A stretch of DNA of 63,267 bases, filler included, from Olpidium bornovanus S191 (GCA_017911155.1; 32 parts of 32 records of this genome joined end to end with filler, not necessarily neighbours in it); one strand, 5' to 3'; counted from the first letter of the whole stretch, positions 36,551-48,998 are shown. Program-made: numbers and translations. The notes: a model not told the origin generated them from the letters alone.

Positions 36551-37219
36551 CGCAAAGCGGGCAAAACAAGAAAAAAAAAGAAACGGGCGCTGTTTTACGC
36601 ACCTGCATCGCTTCCGGCGACGGACCCCAGGCTGCCACGCTCACCGCCGCTGGTCCGTCTTGCACGCACGGGGCGACAAGCCCTCGTAAAATGGTGTCCT
36701 GGTCCAGCAAGTCTAGCAGTTCCTCGTGCCACGCGGCTGCGGCGCCTTTTGATTTCGACTGCCCCGCAGAGGCCGCCGGGTCTGAGCCGCGCTGCTGCTT
36801 CCGGCGTCGGCGCCGCTGCTGCTGTTGTTGGCACCGCAGCTGGGCGGCGGTGGCGGCGTCCCGCGCGCTCATGGGGTGCAGTTCCAGCAGGCGCGTCGCG
36901 GCCGACGGGCGCCCCGCAACGGGAAACGCCGGGGCGCCGGCCGCGCGATGCGGCGCGGGCCCACTCTTCGCCTTCGTTGGCGCGGTTCGCCGCCCGCCGC
37001 CCCCGCCGGCGGGTTTGTGCTTCGGCATTCTTGCGGTGCGGAGCGTTGGGGCGTCGCGAAGAAACGGGCCGCCCGCCCAGCGAACCGGCGGAGGAAGACG
37101 CAACATTCTCCTGCCGCCGCCCGCAGGAACCCCCCCCCCTTCCCCCCTCCCCCCCCCTTATTGATACCTCCTTCATATCAACACCGCACGGGTCCACCTT
37201 TTGATGCAATCCATATTAA

Positions 37220-37991
37220 GGGGTGTCAAACCATTAGAGCCGTTTCTCGTATCACCTGCTTTTTGATGGCTGTATCACCTGGGATACGGTGGTGTGGGTG
37301 ATGTGGGTTATCACCTGTGTCAAACCTGAACGACAGAGCTGCTATCACCACACAATATCGCGATGGGGGACTGGGCTATCTACTGCGCTACCCCACTGGG
37401 ATACCCGATCCCCACCAGAAGAAAAAAAAAAAGAAACGTAACACCTTCGGCACCCCAGCCCCCAGGCGTCAACACAAGAAAACCAAAAAGAACACCACGA
37501 CGCAGCGATGCCATACCCTTCTCGACACAGGGTCCTCTGTAGGGAACTGGCCTTCCAGCTGGCAGAGGCAGCAGACTTCGAGGACGTGTGTTTGCTGCTG
37601 GTCATCGTCGAGGACAAAGACTGTTTTTAGCCGCGCGATGAGATGTTTTTCTTGTTTGGAACCAAGAGTGACACGCTCTGCGACCTTCTTGCTTGGGCAG
37701 AGGCCTCTCGCTATCAAGCTGTGGGTACAGCCAAAAACCCACGCGTACCTGACCATCCTTGATACGATCTCGGACGTGGACTTCCGGCAACATGTCCGCA
37801 TGAGCCGGCCATGCATCACTCGTCTCTGCAAGCTGCTTGAAACAAATGCTGTGTTCAGCACCAACAGCACCTGCAAGCAGTTTCTTATCCCGCTGCAAGT
37901 CGCTTGTACCTTGAGAGACTCAACAAATACGGGACTGGAGCCAGCGGCGGCTCCTTGAAGCGCCTCCACAGCTTGGTTACGGCACCGTGTC
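37220..37991 (+). mobile_element. PIF/Harbinger DNA transposon, left end: TIR plus truncated, degenerate transposase N-terminus
   Basis: TAA precedes TIR GGGGTGTCAAAC at 37220. DFRQHVRMSRPCITRLCKLLETNAVFSTNSTCKQFLIPLQVACTL...GTV matches the Harbinger/HARBI1 N-terminal helix-turn-helix. The sequence is cut by an LTR at 37992. Confidence 0.8.
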
Positions 37992-40210
37992 TGTGATGCG
38001 GGCGCGCCTCAGGTCCTGTCCGGGGCGCCAGGTTCACGTGACCCGGACTGAACCTCCCTGATAACCCCCCTAGCCCCCCCCCGGAACCCCGCGTGTGTGG
38101 CCTGCCCGCCAACGCACTCCGCGGCAAAACCCGCGCGGAGACAAGCGAGACGGAGGGGCCAACCGGCGACCATGGAAGGAGCCTGCGTGGGGACCCACGC
38201 GGAAGATCGTCGAGACCCGCGCGGGCACCTGCGAAGCGAAGTGAGGCGCAGCACGGCGCTTAGGGCGCGTCGTCGCGTAAATCGCGCCCCGCCGACCCCT
38301 CTCCATTGTACCTTAGACGTTTTCGGCTCGCCCGTATGCTTACGCACCCTCCTCGCTCGTGTACCCTACCTACACGTAGTCAACCCGAACTTGAATAAAA
38401 ACGCTTTCGCCCCGCGACCTCCTTCGACCAAGGACCTGGCCACGGCGCCATCAAAAAGCGCAACCTGACTGTCCACAGTACATGGTAGCAACGCCTAACT
38501 CGGATATGACCAACAACCAACGAACCCCGCCTCCCGTCGGACCAGTCCTCCAGATGGAAACAGACTACCAAGCTGCCATCCCGCAGCTCGAGGCCTGGTT
38601 GGCCGAAGCCACCGCACAGCGAGACCAGCCCCTACGCGTAACCTATGCCGCAACTGTCGCCGTAGAAAGTGCGAGCCGGCAGCCAACTGAGTCCGATCGC
38701 GCTGTCGCCAAACTTATTCACGACAAGCTGCGGCCATTCACTGGCCGGAACCACACCCAGCACAACGTACGAAACTTCCTGGTGCAGTTCAGCCTGTACA
38801 CTGACTACGCCAAGCTCGACCAGGCCGCCAAAGTGGTTGCTGTTGGCGCACTGCTCATCTTGTGGTACCAGAGCCTGGGGGGTACAACCCCCTTGCTTGT
38901 CAAATTCCGCCGGTTGTTCTTTCACCGCTGGGGCGACCCCTGCAGGAAGAGAACGCTCGCCGAAAAACGCGACACTGCAACAGACGGGCTCAGCCCGTCT
39001 CTACACAGAGGAATTTTGGAGGCTGGTCCTCCTCCTCCCAGACATCACTGAGGCCGACAAATTCTTTGCTTACATGCAAGAGTTAAATGACGGCCTCCAA
39101 CGTAACCTCTGTGTGATGCGAATGACTTCCCTGGAGGAAACCATCTCCACCGCGGAGGAATTGGACGAGATAGACGGCGTAACTGGACAAGTTACGCCAC
39201 CGACACCGGCCCGGCATAACTCGGGAGAATTGCCGCCAACCGCGGCGCCTCCAAACCCAACCGCCGTGCCGCCGACACCAGCCCGGAGCAACCAGGGGAC
39301 CACACAGCCGGCTGCGGTGGTCCCAACAACTCGAGTCCCATCGTTGACCACAGCGTGGCTGGACGCACTGCCGACCTCGGCTCGCCTGATGACCACGGAG
39401 TCTATCTTGACGGTGGCGTCTACGGCGGTCAGGGGATGGCGACGGTAGGCGATCGAGTTGACATCGATTGAGCTGCTGGCAAAGGGACTCCTCGGTAACC
39501 GCTTTGTCGAAGTCCTCATCGACAGCGGCTGCTCCGGGAACCTCATGAGCCCCCGGGTCGCTGCCAGGCTTCGGCAGGAAAACTCGCAAACTTGCCTTTA
39601 CTTCGCGGCCCGCGGCCCAGCCCGCCCCACGACCGCGGCGGTGTGGAAGAATTTCCACAACGGCAAGCGGAATGAGCGGCGTACTACGGGCAAGCGAACG
39701 ATAGGGCGTTGACGAGGAAGCGAATATGTTTGTTGAATTAATGAGGAGGCGAGGCGAAATGCTAAGGAGGGGGTCGCTGGCGGCGGCGGGGAAGTGACGT
39801 GTCGGGAGCATGGGGCAATTAAACATGTCCGGGGGATGGGGAAAACGGGTTTGGAAAACGAAGCAGACCCCGCATTCCTCCCCGTAGAGTAGACCCGTAG
39901 ACGCATCGACAACCCAACGCATACAGCAGAGCAGAACCGGCGGACCGCCCGGGGAGCTCAAGCTGAGAGAGAAAACAGAGAGAGAAAAAGAGAATGGGAG
40001 CCGCATTTGTCCCTAACGGGTCGTTTGATTTCCGCCTCGGAGAAGCCCTGGGGCTTAACGACTGACTCCGCCTTTTTGATTAAAGTACAAATCTAGTACA
40101 ACAGTGGTATCCTTCTTAGATGAGAGCGGGACGCCGTGGACCTTTGACTCGGACTTCATCGTCACCGACGAGGTCAAATATGACTTGATTCTGGGAACTC
40201 TGTAGCAGAA
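37992..40210 (+). mobile_element. Decayed Ty3/gypsy LTR retrotransposon: 5' LTR (~37992-38480), gag and split aspartic protease
   Basis: The LTR runs TGTGATG...CA with AATAAA, followed by TGGTAGCAACG (PBS-like). Gag: KLRPFTGR...VRNFLVQFSLY...WYQ...LYTEEFWRLVLLLPDITEADKFFAYMQEL. Protease: VEVLIDSGCSGNLMS (~39510-39550) and FIVTDEVKYDLILG (~40160-40200). Confidence 0.85.
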
Positions 40211-40297
40211 AGTGTGGCGGGCGTGTCTGCTCAGCAACGCCCCAATTTGCAGTCCACTCTCCGGTCAACCGGCAGAGGGGACCAGGTGGACCACCCC

Positions 40298-40420
40298 ACG
40301 TGTGCCGCCCCCCTAGAGCGCCAACCGGCCCCACGGGGGTGGGGACCCCCCCTAAACGTGTGCAGCCCCCCTAGGGCGCCAACCGGCCCCACGAGGGTGG
40401 GGACCCCCCCTCCAAACGTG
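40298..40420 (+). repeat. ~58-bp imperfect tandem repeat, about 2 copies
   Basis: ACGTGTGC...CCCCCTAG(A/G)GCGCCAACCGGCCCCACG(G/A)GGGTGGGGACCCCCC occurs twice. Confidence 0.85.
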
Positions 40421-41063
40421 GTCAGCCTCTATAGCAACAACCCCAACGTGTGCCCTCCCCCATAGCACCAAGTGTGGCACCGCACATGGGATGGGCCACA
40501 CACGGGCCAGATTATCCCCAGGGCNNNNNNNNNNNNNNNNNNNNNNNNNNNNNNNNNNNNNNNNNNNNTTAATTAATTAANNNNNNNNNNNNNNNNNNNN
40601 NNNNNNNNNNNNNNNNNNNNNNNNCATGCCTCGACACAGCCGTAGCAGCTTGCCTGACAGTGGTAAGCGCATTTACCAAGGTGCCATCCCAGGTTTCTGG
40701 TAGCGTTGGGGGTTTAAAATCCGCGAGAAAAAGCAAAGTAAGTATTTAGCAAAACTTTTTTTTATTCAAACCCCCGGCCAAGTTGCAGCGGGGTGTGATG
40801 GGTGTGGTGAATCAAGGCAAAAATCAAATTATAGGCCGTCGGCTTATTTGCTGCCCAAATAACTTCGATTGTCAGTAAGCGTCCGGCTCAACCACTTCTG
40901 AAGCCAAAAAAGCCTTCCGCATTGCGTCCCTCCCTCCACGGCTGTCGCAACTGCAATCTCGGCAAAACCTGGCGTCCACGGAAGTTCGATGGTCGACGCA
41001 GGAGCTAATCACATCTCCTGCAGCGCCCCACTGAGGAGCCTTTCTTAACTCATTGGATTATTA

Positions 41064-41896
41064 GGGGTGTCAAACCTTCGGTAGAATTCTGTAGAGATCG
41101 AAATCGGACCCCCGAGTAGACGGTAGAAATACGGTGACCTCGATTTACAGAGAGACCCCCCCCCGTAAAAACCTTGACAACCTTTCGATAACTCTCTCCC
41201 AGGGTGTCCGATTTTGCCCCAAACACCAGGTTTATGCGCTTCACGGAGGCCCGTGAACCGCATAAACAGGAGGGGAAGGAGATGTGTCTAACCATGGCGT
41301 GGCAGCCCGCCGCGACAGCCGGCCGTGACAGCCCGCCGTTGACTCGGAACGAGAAATCCCGTGACCTCAAGAACTTGACTAAAAAAAATAACGTGTATGG
41401 CGTCCAAATACTCGAGTTTAGCAGCCGAATTATCCTTTTTAATGAGACTGTGTGAGCGGTGGAAAACTTGCTATAAAGAGTCTATCTGCTCGTGAGCTGC
41501 GCGACCTGTTGCTACGCCGCACACCGCTTCTGCAGAGCTGTTTCGCTGGGACGGATACGGCATCTAGCAACAACCGCGTGTCAGGAGTGCAATCCACAGC
41601 TGCAAATTCCAGTAGGAGCAGCCCCTCACCGTACTACTGAGAGTGGGTTGGCACAGAGGGCGGAAGCGGGTTGGGGTCTCAAAGGTCGCGGGGTTGTGAG
41701 GTTGCCGGGGCCACGTGGGGGGTTGGGGTGTGTGTGATAACTCCGAGTTGTGAAGTCCGATTGGGAGAAATCGTATCAGTCACCTCTGGACAAGACCGAT
41801 ACGATTCCTCGACTTCGATAAGACTCCATGAACCGCAGTTTAATCGGATTCGAGCCGCCAAATAATTGACAAGAAAACCCAGATGTTTGACACCCC
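41064..41896. mobile_element. Non-autonomous PIF/Harbinger (Tourist-like) element, ~833 bp
   Basis: TIRs GGGGTGTCAAAC (41064) and GTTTGACACCCC (41885-41896) are flanked by TTA and CTA. The TIR is the same as at 37220. No transposase was recognised inside. Confidence 0.72.
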
Positions 41897-43213
41897 CTAT
41901 TAATCCCTTTATGCCGAAGGGAAGGCGATTGGCCATGCTGATTAAGCTATGCCACACCCGAAACGGAGACAAACGACGCAACGTCCACTTTGGAAAAATA
42001 CTAACGCCGCAAGGGAAATGCGCAACTCAGGCCCCGGGAAACGAGTAATGGTGGGGTAGAGTGCGGCCGCAAACGGCTCTGGTTCCCTATCATTCAACGC
42101 CCAAAGTATCAGACGTCGCTGAACCCGTATATATTGGCTTTTCCGGGGGCTGACACCAGGGTTCCAGTCGTCACAAACCATCCTTCCTGCCTCGTCCATG
42201 GAGGCGGGAGTTGCGCCGTTATCTCCGCCACAAGCCCAAGAGCGGTTTGGCAGCGGGCCGTCGCGGGCTCCACCTGGTCGCCCTGCTCGTGCTGGGCCTC
42301 CTGGGCGGCGCAGGTGGCGCAAAGAACGTCATCCGTGTGCTTGCCCCTGCAGCCTTGTCCCCTCGAGCGTTATGCGCACCACTACTAGCGCTGTCAGTTT
42401 GATAATTCAGCGATGGGCCACGTGCCCAGATCCCCCGCCCCGTCCCCGGGCGCGCGGAGGCAACGTTACCCGAATCCGCATTTTGAGCACCATCCTTTCG
42501 CCATTAAGCCAACACTTCACATATTCCGTGTCGCTAGCGGTCGGCCGTACAGCACATGTTATTGTGCGGGGCATTATATCTGCGGGGTCGTTGCGGGACC
42601 TCTGCGACAGCGGCATGAATTTGCCGAAACCGTCGTTGTCGTCATTTCTGCTTTCCTCCATTACGGCGCGGGAGCCTCTCAACGGTAAACAACGCGTCGG
42701 CCCGAGAGCCGGACTGGCGCGAGCGAAAGACGTTTGCGCGTGAAGCGGTTGTGGACGTCCGCTACATGGCGGGGCCCGTACTGTTTGCGCGACGCGGCGC
42801 AAAATTCGAGAAGAGCGAGGGACGATCAGTCGAGGCAAGCAGCGATATCCCAGGGAGGTTTGACAGGCGATGCGGCCTTATCTCGACCGGGCGGGGACTT
42901 TTTGAAACGTACGGGCGCCGGGGCGCCGGAGAGGAGGGGTGTGAAACCCGCGTTTTCCTATTCAATCTACTATGCGAGCCCCTCCCCGGATCGTCGCGCT
43001 GGCGAAACCCCGTTTCCGCGAGCACGACCGCTGTGCTGAGGTAGCGTTTGTAGGCCAAGGGTGGCACTCTTGCCACCGGGACGGGGGTCGAGGGTGCGAG
43101 AGAGGGGGGGGGGNNNNNNNNNNNNNNNNNNNNNNNNNNNNNNNNNNNNNNNNNNNNTTAATTAATTAANNNNNNNNNNNNNNNNNNNNNNNNNNNNNNN
43201 NNNNNNNNNNNNN

Positions 43214-43723
43214 GCAGATCGGCCTGGCCACTATCTCGTCTCAAGTGCGCGACCTTGCCTCACGCGCACGTGAGGGCAAGCTTGCGCCCCACGAATACCA
43301 GGGTGGTAGCTTTACGATCTCGAATCTCGGCATGTTCGGCGTCAACCAGTTCACGGCGATAATCAATCCTCCGCAAGCCTGCATTCTGGCGGTTGGTGCC
43401 ACGAATAAGAAGGTCTTCCCGGGTGAAACTGACGGTGCCTTCGAGACTAGGAATGTCATGAACGTCAGTCTCAGCTGCGACCACCGTGTCGTCGACGGCG
43501 CGGTCGGTGCGACCTGGCTCAAGGCGTTCAAAGGATATATGGAGCAGGTGAGTTTTTTTGTTGTCGAGTTTCGAAGTTCTTGAAAGAGGACGAACTTCAG
43601 AGTGTATTGGACGGTTAATGGCGGGAAAAAACTGACTAGTACGCTGTCCAATCGTTGTGTTTTTTTGCGTCACACGCAAAACTTTGCCGCGGCTTCCATC
43701 AGCCACTAACGATGCTCTTGTAG
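43214..43723 (+). CDS. LAT1: Pyruvate dehydrogenase E2 (dihydrolipoamide acetyltransferase), C-terminal part
   Basis: Exon 43214-43547 [40 protein letters not shown]...[13 protein letters not shown]...[25 protein letters not shown] joins exon 43703-43723 PLTMLL*. Confidence 0.96.
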
Positions 43724-44426
43724 AGAAGAAACCCAGAAAAAATAAGGCTAGACAGGCCGGTCAAACCACATAATCGCCTCCGTGATATAGATAAGAAGTA
43801 CACACGCACCTTCCCCGGTTCACTAGTGGCAAGGAGATCGCAAACGCACGTTATACGGAAGTTACGAAAAAAACTTTTGAGGGCCGGAGAGCTGGCGATT
43901 GTGTGCGGCGAAGCACGCCCAGATGGTTTCGTTTTTATTGTGCGGGGCCCTTCCCGTTGTTGATAGCGGAAAGCGTCCAGCCAGGGCCGCCATCCCTTGC
44001 CGGCTCTCCGCCATCCTTGCCGGCTCTCTCCGTGACGCCGTCGCGTGGTCACCGGTGGCGTCGAAACCCGTGGTCGTCGATGTCCTCGAGCATTCCTAAA
44101 GCGTTCGGGGTCAATGTCGACTTACGCCTTGCTATAAAACTAACGGACCGCCTGCTCGTCGACAGCCGACTGCAAGAGGCGGCCAAGGCAGTGCGCCGAG
44201 AACGGCGAGGACGATGCCACGACGTAGCCGGCGGACTGCTCCCCACGACCCCCGTGCTGAACCACGGCCTTCGAACCTCAGCGCGGAGTGGATCGTGCAA
44301 CGGTGACGCGACGCGCGAACTCCCGAACAGGCGAGCGCCAACCCCGCAGGCCTAGCCGCGTGCCCTCCTCCCACCTTCCCCCCGAACGTCGGTCGACCAA
44401 AGGAAAAACGAAAGAAGCGTCAGTAA

Positions 44427-45320
44427 ATGACGCCGAAGCGAAACCGAAGAACCGCCCACGGCAATGGGCCGGCGGCCCAGAATTCTTCGGGGTCGGCCGC
44501 CCGTCGCGACGACGACACTCGGCCCGGCCAGAACACGACGGTCGCGGCCGCCGCTGCGACTTCCCGGCCGGCGCCGGCGCCGGCAGCAACGAACCTTCTG
44601 CCGCTTCTCGCCAAGCTCGACGGAGCCGCCAGGCGCTTCGCCCGCGGACAGGGCGAATGCAGCGCGCTGGCATCTCACTGCGTCAACCTTGCCTCGCAAT
44701 GGCGGGCCTCGGCGGAGCTGTACGATCGTTCCCGGAAACTCGACGCGGCCGCCACCGACGGTTCAACGGGGCCCGACCCGCCACCGGTACGGAGTTCGGC
44801 GTCTTCGACCGTCAAATGCCTCTTGCCGGCGACTATGTCCCGGCTGGCCTTGGTGCAAGTCAGAACTGTGGAGCAGACCCTTGGGCGGCTCCGCGCGGCG
44901 CTTGACGGCGAGGTGCGTAACTCTCTAGAGGACCTCCGAAAGGCCCTGGCGGCCATCCTACGGGCGGCCGGTTGCTCCCCGGCTCAGCAACAACAGAATC
45001 GCCGGCAGCCGCCGCGGCCGGCGTCGGACCCCGCAGACCTGCTCGTGTCGGTCGGACCGGCGGGAATGCCGATCGTGAGACTCGCCGAGATCATCGAGTG
45101 GGGGGAATTCATCGTCACCGCGCGGGAGGACGACTACGCGCGGGGAGAAGGCCTCCTCATGTCTGCCGCCCGGGACCTGTACGCTCCCGACGCGGCAGCG
45201 GCGGAAGCGTGGGGAAGCGCGTGGGCGGACGCGTACGATTTTTGCCTGGAAGCGGAGGAGTCGCTCTCGGAACGACTCAAGCTCTGGAAGCTGTGGGCCG
45301 CGGCTGCAGAGGCAGGGTAG
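44427..45320 (+). CDS. Single-exon 297-aa protein, possibly C1orf109/AIRIM (CA109-like) family
   Basis: A clean ATG-to-TAG ORF. The motif order (NLASQW; LLPATMSRLALVQVRTVEQTLGRL; IIEWGEFIV...DDYARGEGLL; AWGSAW) resembles C1orf109 as I recall it. Confidence 0.45.
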   Translation: MTPKRNRRTAHGNGPAAQNSSGSAARRDDDTRPGQNTTVAAAAATSRPAPAPAATNLLPLLAKLDGAARRFARGQGECSALASHCVNLASQWRASAELYDRSRKLDAAATDGSTGPDPPPVRSSASSTVKCLLPATMSRLALVQVRTVEQTLGRLRAALDGEVRNSLEDLRKALAAILRAAGCSPAQQQQNRRQPPRPASDPADLLVSVGPAGMPIVRLAEIIEWGEFIVTAREDDYARGEGLLMSAARDLYAPDAAAAEAWGSAWADAYDFCLEAEESLSERLKLWKLWAAAAEAG

Positions 45321-45882
45321 GACCGCCTGTTCCTTCGCACCGAGCAAGCTCTCTAAGCGTTGGACCCGGCGGACAACGGAGTTTGTTGACTGCTCCGTGA
45401 CGGTGACAATCGTGCACCACGGATGGCCGCCGTTTGCGGAATTCTGAGTGTGCAAACGAGTGATGCGGTAAAATCTTGGGCTCGAACCTTCCGCCGTGAT
45501 CTCAGGTTTCCGGTACGCGTCGCTGCCCTTGCCCCATCACGTTGTACGCGGAATGTGAGCTTGTCGGCCGACGACCGGCGGGCTGGCGTCACTGCTAGTT
45601 CGTATTGTGCACTGTTTGCGGAGTGAGTCTTTGTTGCCCTAAATACGCGTGCAATGCGACGCATGTTTTGCCATCCACACGGCGACAACTCGTAAGCCGT
45701 TTGGTTGTATTTAAATAGATACATAGCCGCCAGCGGAGCCATTAGCACCTATAGGGGCGGTGGAGGGAATACGTCAGGCGGCNNNNNNNNNNNNNNNNNN
45801 NNNNNNNNNNNNNNNNNNNNNNNNNNTTAATTAATTAANNNNNNNNNNNNNNNNNNNNNNNNNNNNNNNNNNNNNNNNNNNN

Positions 45883-45978
<96 letters not shown>

Positions 45979-46011
45979 GCGATGGCGATGGCGATGGCGA
46001 TGGCGATGGCA

Positions 46012-46103
<92 letters not shown>

Positions 46104-46647
46104 AACGATGACGATGACGATGGCGATGACGATGACGATGACGATGACGATGGCGATGGCGATCACGATGACAATGAAGATGACGAGGACGAAGATGAGG
46201 ACGAGGAAGAGGACAAGGACAATGCGAGGACGATGACGAAAACAATGACAATGAAGATGACGAGGACGAGGACGATGACGAGAGCGAAGGAGAGGACAAG
46301 GACGAGGATGAGGGCAAGGAGGAGGACAAGGCCGATGACGAGGACGATGACGAAGACAATGACAAGGAGGATGACGAGGACGATGACGAAGATGACGGCC
46401 AGGACGGTGGCGAGGACGATGGCGAGGACGATGATGAGGCCGATGAAGAGGACAACGGCGATGGAGAAGACGCGGACGGGGAGAGTGACAGGGACGGTGG
46501 CAAAACTGAAGGCAAAAATGAGGATAGTAACGAGGACGATGACAAGGACGATGAAGAGGACGAGGCCGATGACAGTGGTACAACGGCGGCAACGACAAGT
46601 ACGACGGCGAGGATGAATATGAGGACGACGGTGATGACGGGAAGTAA
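45883..46647 (+). repeat. (GATGAC)n microsatellite grading into a degenerate GAN-codon, Asp/Glu-like tract
   Basis: About 280 bp of near-perfect GATGAC/GATGGC repeats, then about 480 bp reading D/E/G/N/K in a frame that shifts twice before TAA at 46645. Confidence 0.9.
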
Positions 46648-48195
46648 GGAGACAGCAAAGGCGAGAAGAAAGTCGAAGAGAGCCAGCAACGGCGACGCAG
46701 GTGGCGGTCAAACGATAGCAACGGACGCCGACAAATGAAGTGGCGACGGTGTAAGAACGAGGTGAAGGATGCTGATGACGCTGAGAAGGGGACGGGAAGC
46801 AGGACGAGGGCGCGCAAAACAACGAGGGAAAATGGAATGCGACGGCAGAATTGACGGGTTTCGGGACGATGACGACCCGAGATGGCATCACCGTAATATG
46901 GCCCGGTTATGAGTGTCGGGGATCGACGACAGAAAGGAAGAAAAGACGACGAAGCAGAACAAAACGTCACAAAGACGAACCGAAATGTCGGGCGGGTCCA
47001 ATCCGCGAGCCATTGCGCGAGCTCGCGCGATCGAGATTCATCGAGAAAATCCTCTCTGACTGCCCTCAAAAGCAGCCGACACAAAGAAGCCGTCGGAAGT
47101 GGAAGAAAAAAAACCGCGCCTGGAAGGAAAAAAAAAACTGATTGCCTGCTTGCGGCCATTGCCTCAAAGGAATATGGATCCGCTGCAGAATCCATAGGGC
47201 ACCGCTGTCGCCGCAACAGGAGCAGGCGTCGGTGTCGGAAATGCTTCTGTCCTTCCCCCCCCCTCCCCCCCCCCCACCACGCCTCTCCCAACTTTGCTGT
47301 ACCCCGCATATTAGTTCCTACACATCGGACGAAATTCAAAACAAAAAAACAAACCGTGGGCCGTCTCGAATGCGCCTCTGCGGACGCTTTGCGACAGCGG
47401 CCAACAGTTCCCTGGATTACGGGCCAGAACATGCCCCAAAACAGCGTCTGACGCCTGGCAAAAGACGTAAAGCTGCCAAAAATCGCGGCCGCCACCACGC
47501 GCAGGTGTACGTCGGGCTTCTTGCCGCCCGCGGTTCCGCGCGCTCGAGCCGGCACGTCCATGTCGATTGTAACCTTCGACGTCGGCCTCCGGGCCGCTGC
47601 CCCCAGCCGTCGTCATCCTCCTCGTTGTTTCCGCCGTCGTCCTCGTTTCTGCCGCCGTTGCCCTCTTCGCACTCTTCCCTCGCCCTCGTAGGACCCAACT
47701 CAGTCTTCCGTCCTGGGGAAGGGGGGGACCGGCGGGCGGCCGCCGCCGTCCAGGACTCGGAAGTCTGCGCCGGCTGCTCGCCGGCATCGACGTCGTGGCC
47801 GTCCTCGCGGGGGGAGGAAGGGGGGGGGCCAGCGGGCGAGACGCGCGTGGGAAGTTCCCGGGATAAAGGGGGGGGAAGGGGGGGGANNNNNNNNNNNNNN
47901 NNNNNNNNNNNNNNNNNNNNNNNNNNNNNNTTAATTAATTAANNNNNNNNNNNNNNNNNNNNNNNNNNNNNNNNNNNNNNNNNNNNCATGTAATCGTCGT
48001 TCACCAATTGCACCCTTCGTTGTTTTTTTTTTTTCAGAAAAGACCCCAAGGACAAAGAGTTCTTTTTTGAGTCAGGAAACATTCCCCCCTTTGGGACACT
48101 TCTTCGAACTTTTTTTTTTTTTTTTTTTTTTTTTTTGCTTTGATAGATTTTCGTTCGCCCTCACGTCACACGCTGCCGCGCTCGCGCGCGCGTAC

Positions 48196-48998
48196 CCGAT
48201 GGGCGGCGTATCCGTCGAATAGAGCTCTACCCGGGTGTCGGCGAGGAGGATTGCCTTCATCCCGCGAGAGCACACGGTGGCTTCGCAGGCGACGCACGTG
48301 AGCTTGCAGACAGCCTTGGAGCGGAACTGCGGGTGCATCGAGTTGCTCGAATTTCTGGCGGCCGGGGCTTGACTGTGCGCTGGTCCGGCAGCGGCGTCGG
48401 GCGTGCCGGCCTGCGCCGCGCCGTCAGGCCGCCGCATACCACCGGCGGCGGCGGCGGAGGGGGTGGGGGAAGGGGCCCCGTCGGATGTCTGGGACCCCGC
48501 CGGTTGAGTGATTGCTCTCCGCGAAGGGCCGCCCGGCGCGGACCTCGGGGAATGCAATTGCGCGGCGGGAGACACGGAGATGCCCGATGACTGCGGCGGC
48601 GCCGACACCGCAGCGGATATTAGCACGCCGGCGGCGCCGCCCGACGATGCCACGGCGGCGGCCGCGGCGGCCGACGTGCGGACGAGACCTGCGTCGTCCG
48701 ACCAAAACTGCTGCGAAGTATTGCCCGCCTGGCCGCCTTCTCGCTGCTGATGATGCTCGGCGGCGCTGCCGCGGGCGCGGAAGTTGATCGTCAGCGCCGG
48801 CGGGCTCCCTCTTCCGCCGCTCCTCCCGCCTCCGGAAGCAGTGCCACTCAGGAGCTGCCGGCCGTGGCCGGCTGATCCGGGAACTGGGCTTCCGACTGCC
48901 TGGCCCGTCATCGCCACGGCGGATGCTCGTTGTCCAGAAGGATGGTAGGAGATCAAAGCGGACCACGTGCTCCGGGTCTGAACGGTCGGAGGCAGCAT
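48196..48998 (-). CDS. FAM72-family protein, first exon with a long low-complexity N-terminal extension
   Basis: HPQFRSKAVCKLTCVACEATVCSRGMKAILLADTRVELYSTDTPP contains the FAM72 signature CxxC...RGMKAxLLAD...STDxPP; donor GTACGC at 48195. Confidence 0.9.

Noticed and set aside
45886-46616. MTMTMT... and antisense poly-Ser/His-Arg/Ile-Val ORFs as real proteins
   Set aside because: They are alternative frames of the GATGAC repeat.
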